In this document: in pieces, positions 1-8,596 of the stretch
How the letters are laid out: every line of letters starts with the position of its first letter
How positions within the stretch are numbered: position 1 is the first letter of the stretch
Source: an uncultured Rickettsiales bacterium
GTDB taxonomy: Bacteria; Pseudomonadota; Alphaproteobacteria; Rickettsiales; SXRF01
Direction of reading: 5' to 3'
Length of the DNA stretch: 64,000 nucleotides
Assembly: GCA_964518725.1 (NCBI GenBank)
Contig: CAZFKP010000009.1
Span: 11,435 to 75,434, forward strand
Notes under the pieces: model-generated
Databases searched by the model: none
Seen by the model: the letters and a program-made list of their open reading frames with translations, nothing else
Told to the model about the DNA's origin: nothing
Translations under genes and position numbers: made by a program

Positions 1-341
1 GCTTTGTCGATCATGTCTTCGGAAATATCCGCAATCGGCGACGATGAGGCCTGCACCGACGTCACCGCGGACGCATCGGCCACTACCGGAGCACTCTCGG
101 GTGGCGGGATTACAGCTTCCGGCTCCGCCGCTTTTTCAGCCTCCGGCGCGGCAGCAGCCAGCCCTTCAACACGCCCATCTTCCACATGCACGATAAAACG
201 CTTGCCCGTCGCCAGGGCACCCTGCGTTTCACGCTCCCCCGAAAGCCACAAGAATACAAATGTCGCCACAGACCATGCTAGCAGCAGCGCAATACAGCCG
301 CGCTGCACCCATACCATATGCTTGTGAAGAAGGCCGATCAT
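1..341 (-). CDS. partial CDS (N-terminal ~113 codons, continues beyond window start): membrane-anchored protein, possibly YibQ-like divergent polysaccharide deacetylase
   Basis: Hand translation of the minus strand. ATG at 341-339 overlaps the ctpA TGA stop (ATGA), and the frame stays open to base 1 (MIGLLHKHMVWVQRGCIALLLAWSVATFVFLW..., one TM helix then an Ala/Pro/Glu linker). The product is guessed only from gpmI-envC-yibQ type synteny; the catalytic part is not in the window. Confidence 0.4.
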   Translation of the reverse strand, partial: MIGLLHKHMVWVQRGCIALLLAWSVATFVFLWLSGERETQGALATGKRFIVHVEDGRVEGLAAAAPEAEKAAEPEAVIPPPESAPVVADASAVTSVQASSSPIADISEDMIDK

Positions 342-1741
342 TTATCCGTAGTTGATAAGTTAAACACATGTGCCGCCCGAAGCAGGTCGATGGCGCGCTG
401 CAGCTGGAAATCCTGACTCGCGTCATCGTCGCGGCCGGTGGCTTTTTTATCGTCCTTTTCGTCTTTTTCTTCGTTCTTGCTGTCTTTCTCAGCATCTGGC
501 GCGTCTTTCTTCACGTCACTCTCATCGCCGGATTGTGGCTTTTTCAGCTTCTCCTTGGCTTTCTGGTCTTCGAGATTTTCAAGGCGGCGACGGAGATCCG
601 CTTCCATCCGCATTTTGTCGTTTTGCTTAATCGGCTCAATTTTCGCCTGCTCAACAATGATGTCCGGCTCAATGCCCTTCGCCTGAATCGAGCGCCCCGA
701 CGGCGTGTAATAACGCGCCGTGGTCAGGCGCATCGCGCCATGCTCCGCCAACGGAATCACCGTTTGCACCGAGCCCTTACCAAAGGTCTTCACACCCATG
801 ACGATGGCGCGTTTATGGTCTTGCAACGCACCCGAAACAATTTCCGATGCCGATGCGGAACCGCTATTGACCAACACCACTATCGGCACGCTCGCATCCA
901 CCAGCTCGTCACCGGCTTTGGCGCTGTAACGCTTGGTTTTATTTGGATCGCGCTCACGAGTTGAAACCACCTCGCCACCCGTGAGGAAGGCATCGGAAAC
1001 CGAAATCGCTTCATCTAGCAAGCCACCCGGATTGTTACGCAGGTCAAGCACCACGCCACGCAAATTCGGCAGGTCTTTTTTGATGCGGGCGAACTCTTCA
1101 CGCATTTGCGCCGTGGTCTGCTCAGTGAATTGGCTCAGACGCAAGTAGGCGACATCATCACCTTCCGCACGCCCCTTGCCGGCGCGGATTTTAATATTAG
1201 CGCGAGTAAGTTTTGCTTCAATCGGCTCGGTGCCACCCTCACGCAGAATGGTTAGTTTTACTTTGGTATCAACCTTGCCGCGCATCTTATCCACCGCTTC
1301 GGACAACGTTAGCCCCATCACCTGCTCATCATCAATGAAGCTGATGTAATCCCCGGGCAGGATACCTGCTTTGGCCGCCGGCGTGTCATCGATCGGCGAA
1401 ACGACTTTCACCAGCCCGTTTTCCATCGTCACCTCAATGCCAAGCCCGCCAAATTCACCCTTGGTCTGCACCTGCATTTCCTTGAAACTTTTTTCGTTCA
1501 TGTAGCCCGAATGCGGATCGAGCGACGAGAGCATGCCGTTGATGGCCGACTCGATCAGGTCGGTGTCTTTGACTTCCTCGACGTAATCGCTCCGCACGCG
1601 GTCAAATACATCGCCGAACAAGGTGAGTAGCGCGAACGTATCGTCCTTCTGGGCAAGCGCAACGATGGGCGCGGCAATGATGGTCGAAGAAACAAGTGCA
1701 AGCACCAACCCAACTTTTACAGCACGACGCATAGACGACAA
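338..1741 (-). CDS. ctpA: carboxy-terminal processing (tail-specific) protease, S41 family
   Basis: 467-aa ORF with a signal/TM N-terminus, a PDZ-like segment (GLGIEV...GDYISFID), the S41 core (VLVNSGSASASEIVSGALQD, KTFGKGSVQ) and a charged Lys/Asp/Glu C-tail. Confidence 0.9.
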   Translation of the reverse strand: MSSMRRAVKVGLVLALVSSTIIAAPIVALAQKDDTFALLTLFGDVFDRVRSDYVEEVKDTDLIESAINGMLSSLDPHSGYMNEKSFKEMQVQTKGEFGGLGIEVTMENGLVKVVSPIDDTPAAKAGILPGDYISFIDDEQVMGLTLSEAVDKMRGKVDTKVKLTILREGGTEPIEAKLTRANIKIRAGKGRAEGDDVAYLRLSQFTEQTTAQMREEFARIKKDLPNLRGVVLDLRNNPGGLLDEAISVSDAFLTGGEVVSTRERDPNKTKRYSAKAGDELVDASVPIVVLVNSGSASASEIVSGALQDHKRAIVMGVKTFGKGSVQTVIPLAEHGAMRLTTARYYTPSGRSIQAKGIEPDIIVEQAKIEPIKQNDKMRMEADLRRRLENLEDQKAKEKLKKPQSGDESDVKKDAPDAEKDSKNEEKDEKDDKKATGRDDDASQDFQLQRAIDLLRAAHVFNLSTTDK

Positions 1742-1761
1742 TTCCTTTTTTCATGCAGCCG

Positions 1762-2916
1762 CTACAGCCCACGCAGCCACGGCTTGGGATTAATCGGCTG
1801 GTTATTTTCGCGCAGCTCCACATAAAGCTGTTCGTTATCCGTGTTACCCATAGCACCAATCGGCTCACCTTCCAAGAGGAAGTCTCCAGACTGAACATCC
1901 ATCCGCGACAGCCCGGCAAGCAAGGTGTGGTAGTCCCCGCGGTGCTTAAGAATTACTAACCTGCCATAGTTCAGGAAGGTGCCGCTATAGGCAACTTCAG
2001 CATCAAACGGCGCAACCACCGGTGCACTGGCACGGGTCGCGATACGGATGCCTTTGGCCGCCTCACCCGAAAGGTCGCGTGTGCCATACCCCGACGCCAC
2101 ACGCCCCGACACCGGAATCCGTATCCTACCCTTCGCATCGGCAAACCGCCGCATCTCGCCACGCTTGCCGCTGACCCCTGCAACACTTACCACCTCTTTG
2201 CCTCCGCTTTTAGCAGATGAAGCCGTGCGGGACTCCAGGGCAGCCATCAGCTCCTGCAAGCTTCCCGCCTTTTTGGCCAGCGCCGCAATGTTTGCTTCTT
2301 CTTTGGCACGCGATGTCGCCAGCCGGGCGCGCAGTTTTTTCCGTTCTTTTACCGCCACCTCAAATGATTTTTTCTCGGCGGCATAGGCGGCTTTTAACTC
2401 TACGGCGGTTTCTTTCTCTTTTGCCTGCCTGGCACGCAAGCGAATGAGTGCCTCCATTTCCGCAGCAAGCGCCGCCGCCTGCGCCTTGATTTCCGACGTA
2501 ATCATCGAAAGCGCGTGTGCAGCCTGCAGGCGATTCTTGCCATCAGCCGGCATGAGCACCATCGCCTGCGGCGGCGTGCGGCTGAGGCGCACAGCAACAC
2601 GCGATAACCCGTCGAGTTTAGCGCGTGCCATTTTGGCATCCTGCTCCTTGCGTGCAAGACTGGCTTCCGTTTCAGCAAGTTTTTTCTCCGCTTCGGCGAG
2701 GCTGGCATCGCTTTTCTGAAGCCCGCTCGCGGCGCGCACCAATTTTTCCTGCAAGGCAGCAAGATCCTCTTCCATCTGCCGTTCTTGCTTCAGCAGTTTT
2801 TCTTTTTTTTCTTCAGAAATTTTCAGCGCTACTTGCGTTTGCGCCAGCTCATCTTTCGTGGCCGCCTGCGCGGCAAGCGGCAACAGAAACAGGCATAGCA
2901 GGGCGCTACGCCGCAT
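1762..2916 (-). CDS. M23/LytM-domain murein hydrolase activator (EnvC-like)
   Basis: Signal peptide (LLPLAAQA), long Ala/Glu/Lys/Gln coiled coil, and C-terminal LytM fold (VVAPFDAEVAYSG...GRLVILKHRGDYHTLLAGL). Lies directly downstream of gpmI, as envC does in E. coli. Confidence 0.85.
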   Translation of the reverse strand: MRRSALLCLFLLPLAAQAATKDELAQTQVALKISEEKKEKLLKQERQMEEDLAALQEKLVRAASGLQKSDASLAEAEKKLAETEASLARKEQDAKMARAKLDGLSRVAVRLSRTPPQAMVLMPADGKNRLQAAHALSMITSEIKAQAAALAAEMEALIRLRARQAKEKETAVELKAAYAAEKKSFEVAVKERKKLRARLATSRAKEEANIAALAKKAGSLQELMAALESRTASSAKSGGKEVVSVAGVSGKRGEMRRFADAKGRIRIPVSGRVASGYGTRDLSGEAAKGIRIATRASAPVVAPFDAEVAYSGTFLNYGRLVILKHRGDYHTLLAGLSRMDVQSGDFLLEGEPIGAMGNTDNEQLYVELRENNQPINPKPWLRGL

Positions 2917-4444
2917 GGTCTTTCAACAGCGACGTGCCCGTCATCGCCGCCGGCTGCGGCAGCCCCAGCCATTGCAAAATGGTTGGGGCTACATCACCCA
3001 GCCGGCCTTCAGGGATCGCAAGCTGCTTGCCTTTGAGGTTGGCAGCGACCAGAATCGCAGGCACCAGATTAAGCGTATGCGCCGTATGCGGCTGCCCCGT
3101 TTCGCCATCAAACATCATCTCGGCATTGCCATGATCCGCCGTGATAAATAGCGCGCCGCCCTTGGCAAGGGTTGTCACCGCCACGCGGCCGACGCAACGA
3201 TCCACCGCCTCGACAGCCTTAATGGCCGCCTGGATATTGCCCGAATGCCCGACCATGTCGGTGTTAGCGTAATTCACCACGATGAAGTCGAACCGCTCCG
3301 CCTCAATCGCGTCCACCAGCTTGTCGGTCACTTCCGGCGCCGACATTTCCGGCTGTAAATCGTAGGTCGCGACATTCGGCGATGGCACAAGGATACGCGA
3401 TTCACCGGCAAATTCCTGCTCGCGCCCGCCATTGAAAAAGAAGGTGACGTGGGCGTATTTTTCCGTCTCGGCAATCCGCAATTGCGTGAGCCCGGCTTTT
3501 GACACCACCTCACCCAGAATATCGGTAAGCGCCTCGGGCGGAAACAGCACCTGCGTCATCGCCGCCAGGCTTGAAGAATATTCCGTCATGGCAATTGCCG
3601 TACCGAACGTGACGGCTTTGGTGCGCGGGAAATCAGTAAATTGCGGCGAAAGCAGCGCTGTTAAAATTTCGCGCACGCGGTCGGCACGGAAGTTGGCGCA
3701 TACCAGCACCTCACCATCACCCATACCGGAATAATCGCCGATCACACACGGCAGTACAAACTCATCGGTAACGCCTTGCGAGTAGCTTGCTTCCACCGCC
3801 TCACGCGCCGAAGTGAAGCGCACACCGGCACCCACCACCAACGTATCATATGCTTTGGCGACGCGATCCCAGCGCTTGTCGCGATCCATGGCATAATAGC
3901 GCCCGCTGACAGTCGCGATTTCGACGTTAGGAATGGCTGCGACATCGCGCTCAAATGCCGCGATATAATCCAGCGCTGATTGCGGCGGCGTGTCCCGCCC
4001 GTCGAGGAACAAATGCACATAGACATGCTCCCCCTGCCCGGCAAGGATGCGCGCAAGCGCTACCATGTGTGCCTGGTGCGAATGCACACCGCCCGGCGAC
4101 AGCAGCCCAAGTAAATGCACCGGATAATCCGGGCTGATGCCTCGGCAAGAAGCCAGTTTTTTGGCAAGGCTGCCATCGGCTATTGCAGCATCAATCTTCG
4201 GCAGCTCCTGCATGATGACGCGCCCAGAACCGATATTCATATGGCCAACTTCGGAGTTTCCCATCTGCCCCTCAGGCAGACCGACATGCAGCTCGGAAGC
4301 GTTAATCAGCCCGTGCGGATAATCACGGGTCAGAGCATCCATGTTTGGGGTGCTGGCCGCGGCAATGGCGTTATGTTCGGCGGCGTGCTGGTGCCCCCAG
4401 CCGTCAAGAATCATCAACACGACAGGTTTCGGACGCGACGGCAT
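2906..4444 (-). CDS. gpmI: 2,3-bisphosphoglycerate-independent phosphoglycerate mutase
   Basis: 512 aa. N-terminal MILDGWG, NSEVGHMNIGSGR, and C-terminal ITADHGNAE metal/phosphoserine motifs typical of iPGM. Confidence 0.95.
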   Translation of the reverse strand: MPSRPKPVVLMILDGWGHQHAAEHNAIAAASTPNMDALTRDYPHGLINASELHVGLPEGQMGNSEVGHMNIGSGRVIMQELPKIDAAIADGSLAKKLASCRGISPDYPVHLLGLLSPGGVHSHQAHMVALARILAGQGEHVYVHLFLDGRDTPPQSALDYIAAFERDVAAIPNVEIATVSGRYYAMDRDKRWDRVAKAYDTLVVGAGVRFTSAREAVEASYSQGVTDEFVLPCVIGDYSGMGDGEVLVCANFRADRVREILTALLSPQFTDFPRTKAVTFGTAIAMTEYSSSLAAMTQVLFPPEALTDILGEVVSKAGLTQLRIAETEKYAHVTFFFNGGREQEFAGESRILVPSPNVATYDLQPEMSAPEVTDKLVDAIEAERFDFIVVNYANTDMVGHSGNIQAAIKAVEAVDRCVGRVAVTTLAKGGALFITADHGNAEMMFDGETGQPHTAHTLNLVPAILVAANLKGKQLAIPEGRLGDVAPTILQWLGLPQPAAMTGTSLLKDHAA

Positions 4445-4446
4445 GG

Positions 4447-5127
4447 TTAGTCGTTCAGGATCGATTTATCGGCGCGCTTGCCCGAGTTGATATAGTACAC
4501 GGTTTTGGCGAGGTTAGTCGCGCAATCGGCCAGGCGCTCAAGATTCTTGGCGGCAAACATCACGTGGGTGCAGGGCACGATGCGGTCGCTCGACTGCACC
4601 ATTTCCTCCTGCATCAGCGCAACGGTTTCCTTGTATAGATTGTCGATCTCGTCATCCCGCTTCCACACTTCGGTCGCCAGCTCCGCATTGCGGGTTTCAA
4701 AAGCTATCAGCGCTTCGGCGAGCAACTCGTCGATAACATCCGCCATGCGCTCAAGGCGGATGATGCCGGCTTCCGACGCATATGTGCCCATGCGGACGCT
4801 GCGCTTGACCGTATTCTTTGCCATGTCACCCGCCTGCTCCAGCACGCCGGTGATTTTCAGCACCGAGGTTACAAAACGCAAATCGACCGCAACCGGGCTT
4901 TGCAGCGCCAGCACACGGGTCGCGGATTCTTCGATCTGCTGGTCGATCTGGTTGATGACCTTATCGGCGGCCTTGGCGTCGGTAATCCGCTCCTCGTCAC
5001 GCGAACGAAACGCCACGCGGCACGCACGCACCAGATTCTGCAGCTCGCCAACCATGCTGGCGATCAGGCGCGACAGTTCGGTCAACTGCTCGTCATAGGA
5101 CTTAACGGTATGTGCTCCAAGGTTCAT
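4447..5127 (-). CDS. phoU: phosphate signalling/transport accessory protein PhoU
   Basis: Two PhoU helical repeats (DxxID-type acidic motifs: DKVINQIDQQIEE, DDEIDNLYKE). The track ORF runs to 5172, but the internal ATG at 5127 (MNLGAHTVKSYDEQL) fits normal PhoU length. Confidence 0.85.
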   Translation of the reverse strand: MNLGAHTVKSYDEQLTELSRLIASMVGELQNLVRACRVAFRSRDEERITDAKAADKVINQIDQQIEESATRVLALQSPVAVDLRFVTSVLKITGVLEQAGDMAKNTVKRSVRMGTYASEAGIIRLERMADVIDELLAEALIAFETRNAELATEVWKRDDEIDNLYKETVALMQEEMVQSSDRIVPCTHVMFAAKNLERLADCATNLAKTVYYINSGKRADKSILND

Positions 5128-5279
5128 GACACATGCTCCTAACCATTTTTTGAGGTAATTTGCCGAAACCATACAACATCTGGTAGGAAGAACCTAGTTA
5201 TTTTTATGGCTGAGATCGTTGATCTGGAAGGAGGAATTGGTTAGGATAGAAGCAGAATCAACAGTGGAGCATAGTAAAA

Positions 5280-6083
5280 ATGGGTCGAACAACACGTCGC
5301 GAGTTCATCGCCGGCAGTCTCGCCGCCGCAATCGCATCAGGCAACGCCTCCAAAAGCTGGGCACAGCGGGAAGGCAAGAACCTTACCCAGATCATCGCCG
5401 GCACGCCGCTCACCGATCAATACGGCGAGACGCTCAAACCGGCGGAGATTTTCAAGGGACAACCCTACATCGTGGTGGAAGGCTTCCTCCACTGCACCGG
5501 CCAGTGCCCAAGGATTCGTGGCAACCTTGGCGATGTGCGCGCCGCACTGGAAGAAGAAGCGCAGCAGCTGGATAAAGAGGGAAATGCGAAAAAAGCGGCA
5601 GCACTCAGGAATATTCCCGTGCTGTGGATTGACGTGATGCCCGATGCGCTCGGCACCATGCCGGGCGACAGGAATGAACCGCAAGCCTGTGTGGAGGAAG
5701 CCTATAAGCGCGGGTTCTGGCAAGACCCCGCCCACGCCAAAAATTTCCCAGCCGATGAGGCGACAAGAATCAAGCTGGCACAGGCGGCATTCAGGAGCGG
5801 CGACCCCAAGAAACCCGCGGGACGGCTATTGCATGTGGCGTTTCCCGAATCACAAAGAGCCGCTGTTGCGTTGCAAAAATCCATGGGCGCGCATTTTAAT
5901 GCGTTCGATCCGCAATCCCACGGCTCGCGCATCGCGCTGGTGGGGGGAGATGGCACAGTACTGGCGTCACCTTCCGGCCTGGTGACCACGCCAATGCAAA
6001 AAAGCGCCCTCACGGAAGCCATCACCGCGGCAGCGCTCGGCGCGGTGGAACAGCAGCTCAAGACGAAGGGGATGTCTCCGTAA
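5280..6083 (+). CDS. Tat-signal, divergent SCO1/SenC-like thioredoxin-fold protein
   Basis: Twin-arginine motif TRREFIAG followed by AxA-like SKSWA. CxxxC in the SCO context (VVEGFLHCTGQCP), VLWIDVMPD resembling the SCO xxSxDPxRD strand, and a distal His (DPQSHGSRIALVGGDGTV). Carries long insertions relative to the canonical SCO1 at 20049. Confidence 0.55.
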   Translation: MGRTTRREFIAGSLAAAIASGNASKSWAQREGKNLTQIIAGTPLTDQYGETLKPAEIFKGQPYIVVEGFLHCTGQCPRIRGNLGDVRAALEEEAQQLDKEGNAKKAAALRNIPVLWIDVMPDALGTMPGDRNEPQACVEEAYKRGFWQDPAHAKNFPADEATRIKLAQAAFRSGDPKKPAGRLLHVAFPESQRAAVALQKSMGAHFNAFDPQSHGSRIALVGGDGTVLASPSGLVTTPMQKSALTEAITAAALGAVEQQLKTKGMSP

Positions 6084-6084
6084 C

Positions 6085-7002
6085 GTGCAACACGGTCACA
6101 CCGCACACGCCGCCGCTCCCGACGACGACGCCTTTACCCTGGGTCGCATGCTCACCTATGCCGCACTCGGCATCGCGGTGACGGGCATCGCCATCATTGC
6201 CGCACCCCACATCCTTCCCGCACTCGGCGCCACCGAGGCTACCGTTGCACTCGAAGCCTCGGAGATGATCCATAGCGCGAGCGGCATCGCCGGTGGCATC
6301 AACACCGCCCTTGCCTCGGTGCCGTTCGTCGGGGAATCGTTAGCCGCCGGCGGGCTCGTCAATGCCGCCTTCACCGGCGTTATCGGCATCGGCGGCGTGG
6401 TGCTCGGCAACTTCATCACGGAAAATGCCCACGACCAGGAAACGATCAGCTGGGGACGGGTTATCAAATACAGCGCGCTCGCCACCAGCGCCATCATCGC
6501 GCTTCCCACCGTACTATCAGCACTGAGCGCCGGGATTATTTATTGCGCCATCGGGCTGGCCGATGCCGGGATGATTGAAAGCTCTTCCGAAATTATTAGC
6601 ACGATGGCAAGCACCATCGGCAGTGTCGGCGGCCTGGAAGGCGGACACGTGATGATGGGCGCTAGCGGCATTGCGGCGGCACTCCCGCATTTCATCACCT
6701 GTGGAGCATCGCTGATCCCGGCAGCACTTACCTTCAAAATGTGGCGCGACGACCAGCAGCAAGCTCCGTCTTATGTCGCGCTCGATACCAAGGGCAAGCC
6801 CCTGCCCCCGCACGACCCGAACCACCGGATGACCGCTGACGAAATCGCCCTCACCGATGCTTACAATGCCGCGCCGCCCGCCCGGAAAATCCTGCTCAAA
6901 AAGGATATTCTCGCACAAGGCTACGAGCCGGATTTCCATGACGACGGCACGGTGCATCTTTATAAGCACACGCAGCACACACTGGCCGGCATGGCGCGTT
7001 AG
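6085..7002 (+). CDS. hypothetical polytopic membrane protein with His-rich termini
   Basis: GTG start 1 nt after the upstream stop (an internal ATG at 6148 is also possible). N-terminus is MQHGHTAH, followed by about 5 Gly/Ala/Ile-rich TM helices and a ~90-aa His/Asp/Pro-rich soluble tail (HDPNH, FHDDGTVHLYKHTQH). I recognise no family. Confidence 0.5.
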   Translation: MQHGHTAHAAAPDDDAFTLGRMLTYAALGIAVTGIAIIAAPHILPALGATEATVALEASEMIHSASGIAGGINTALASVPFVGESLAAGGLVNAAFTGVIGIGGVVLGNFITENAHDQETISWGRVIKYSALATSAIIALPTVLSALSAGIIYCAIGLADAGMIESSSEIISTMASTIGSVGGLEGGHVMMGASGIAAALPHFITCGASLIPAALTFKMWRDDQQQAPSYVALDTKGKPLPPHDPNHRMTADEIALTDAYNAAPPARKILLKKDILAQGYEPDFHDDGTVHLYKHTQHTLAGMAR

Positions 7003-7457
7003 TCGCGGTGGTAGGGATGATTTTCCAGAATCGAAGAAACGCGGTAAATCTGTTCGGCAAGCATAGCACGCACCAGCATATGCGGCCAAGTAAGCTTGCC
7101 GAAAGCGAGCAGCAGGTCGGCCTTACGGCGCACAGTCTCGTGTAGCCCATCTGCACCGCCGATGATGATGGCAACGCTCGATATTCCTTGCTGCTGCCAT
7201 CCAGAAAATTGCCTGGCTAAATCGCGGCTGCTTACATCTTTGCCACGCTCGTCGAGGACGAGGGTTTTTTCGTATCCTTCACAGGCATGGATAAAAAATT
7301 CGGCTTCTTTTTGCTGATGCGTAGCGCTGTCAGCGTGCCTGATATCACATTCTTTGATAGTGAGTTTCCACGGCAGGCGCTTGGCATATTCGCGCAGCAA
7401 CAGCGCCTCCGGCGAGGCGGGTTTCATTTTCCCGCTTGCGGCAATCAATAGCTTCAT
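6999..7457 (-). CDS. rlmH: 23S rRNA (pseudouridine1915-N3)-methyltransferase
   Basis: SPOUT fold, C-terminal IIGGADGL...LAFGKLTWPHMLVR. The track ORF is 5'-extended; ATG at 7457 (MKLLIAASGKMK) gives about 152 aa. Follows rsfS as in most bacteria. Confidence 0.9.
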   Translation of the reverse strand: MKLLIAASGKMKPASPEALLLREYAKRLPWKLTIKECDIRHADSATHQQKEAEFFIHACEGYEKTLVLDERGKDVSSRDLARQFSGWQQQGISSVAIIIGGADGLHETVRRKADLLLAFGKLTWPHMLVRAMLAEQIYRVSSILENHPYHRD

Positions 7458-7470
7458 GACGCGACGTCGA

Positions 7471-7797
7471 TCAGCCGACGCTTTCCGCCAATTTTGGCAA
7501 ACTGACCGACCACATCTTCTCCAGGTTGTAATGCTGGCGTGTTTCAGGCTTGAACAGATGAATGACGATATCCCCCGCATCGACCAGCACCCACTCACCG
7601 CTTTCCTTGCCTTCCACCGGAATATGCTCGAATCCCGCCGCCTTCAGCGCATCTACCACCGCATCTGACAGCGACATCACGTGACGCGAACTGCTGCCGC
7701 TGGCGATCACCATACGGTCGGCCACGTCGGATTTACCGGTTAAATCAATGGAAAGGATCTGTTCTGCTTTACGATCGCCTAGAGAGGAAACAATCAA
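7471..7797 (-). CDS. rsfS: ribosomal silencing factor RsfS (iojap)
   Basis: 108 aa with KAEQILSIDLTGKSDVADRMVIASGSSSRHV...WVLVDAGDIVIHLF...YNLEKMW, typical of RsfS. The start is TTG; an in-frame stop lies about 24 codons upstream. Confidence 0.9.
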   Translation of the reverse strand: MIVSSLGDRKAEQILSIDLTGKSDVADRMVIASGSSSRHVMSLSDAVVDALKAAGFEHIPVEGKESGEWVLVDAGDIVIHLFKPETRQHYNLEKMWSVSLPKLAESVG

Positions 7798-7945
7798 ACG
7801 TTCAAGATTTTTGAGTGAAATCTTGGGATAAATTGTTTTGTTACTAATAAGCGTATCTCCTGCACATCAGGTCGGTTTTATTACCAACCCTGAGTTCATT
7901 ATGCACTAAAATTGGCTATTTTCCAAGCTTTTTCGTAGCGTATAT

Positions 7946-8164
7946 TCACTCCACGCCACCCAACGCCCGCTTGATCAGTATCACCGTCGCTCTATCTGCC
8001 TCGGTGAGCGCATCTTTTAACATTCCGAGTACTTCGAGCTGCTCGTCTTTGGGTATGAACGATTTGCTTTTGACATGCTGGCGCAAAATGCTGTTCACCG
8101 CCTCGGCTAATTGTAGTGACTGGGTCAGGTTATTACTCGGCCTGGAACGAAAGAAGAAATCCAT
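7946..8164 (-). CDS. hypothetical small helical protein (72 aa)
   Basis: ORF only, in a locally AT-rich stretch and divergent from the XRE gene. No recognisable motif, so its coding status is uncertain. Confidence 0.4.
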   Translation of the reverse strand: MDFFFRSRPSNNLTQSLQLAEAVNSILRQHVKSKSFIPKDEQLEVLGMLKDALTEADRATVILIKRALGGVE

Positions 8165-8197
8165 TACTGCTCGCTGTATTTTTGGTTACGTCACCAT

Positions 8198-8248
8198 ATT
8201 ACAACGTATCATTGTAATAATGTCAACATACAACAACATTCTGTTGTT
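8198..8248. promoter_or_regulatory. candidate operator palindromes in the divergent intergenic region
   Basis: ATTACAA-N7-TTGTAAT at 8198-8218 and AACAAC-N5-GTTGTT at 8232-8248. A third TTACAA half-site lies at 8249-8254. All sit between the 72-aa ORF and the XRE gene. Confidence 0.4.
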
Positions 8249-8281
8249 TTACAAACCCGCCCAATTGCGACATGAAGGGGT

Positions 8282-8596
8282 ATGGGCAATTTCATCCGGC
8301 AAATCAGGACAGAGCGCGGTTACACCACGGCGGAGCTTGCCCAGAAGGTTGGTACTTCACAACAACAAATATCCAAGCTGGAACGCAGCAGCAGCCTCAA
8401 ATGGGAATGGATCCAGCGGCTCGCCTCAGCACTGGATTGCCACCCCATGGATATCACCGAGGGTCTCGCGCGCCCGCACGACGACTCCGAACGCGAGATC
8501 GTGAAGAAATTTCATCAAATGGCTGAAGCGCAAAAAGCTGCCTTCATGCATATCGTCGATGCACTCCTGGCACAAAACAAACCGCCAAAGAAATAA
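8282..8596 (+). CDS. XRE/Cro-CI family helix-turn-helix transcriptional regulator
   Basis: 104 aa. The N-terminal HTH_3 pattern (IRQIRTERGYTTAELAQKVGTSQQQISKLERS) is followed by a short helical tail. Confidence 0.8.
   Translation: MGNFIRQIRTERGYTTAELAQKVGTSQQQISKLERSSSLKWEWIQRLASALDCHPMDITEGLARPHDDSEREIVKKFHQMAEAQKAAFMHIVDALLAQNKPPKK

Noticed and set aside
4-327. 107-aa plus-strand ORF at window start
   Set aside because: Ala/Ser/Thr low-complexity shadow of the minus-strand partial gene, which is translationally coupled to ctpA.
7971-8504. 177-aa plus-strand ORF crossing the XRE cassette
   Set aside because: It runs through the divergent promoter region and out of frame across the XRE gene. 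The XRE frame has a clear HTH motif, whereas this frame has none.
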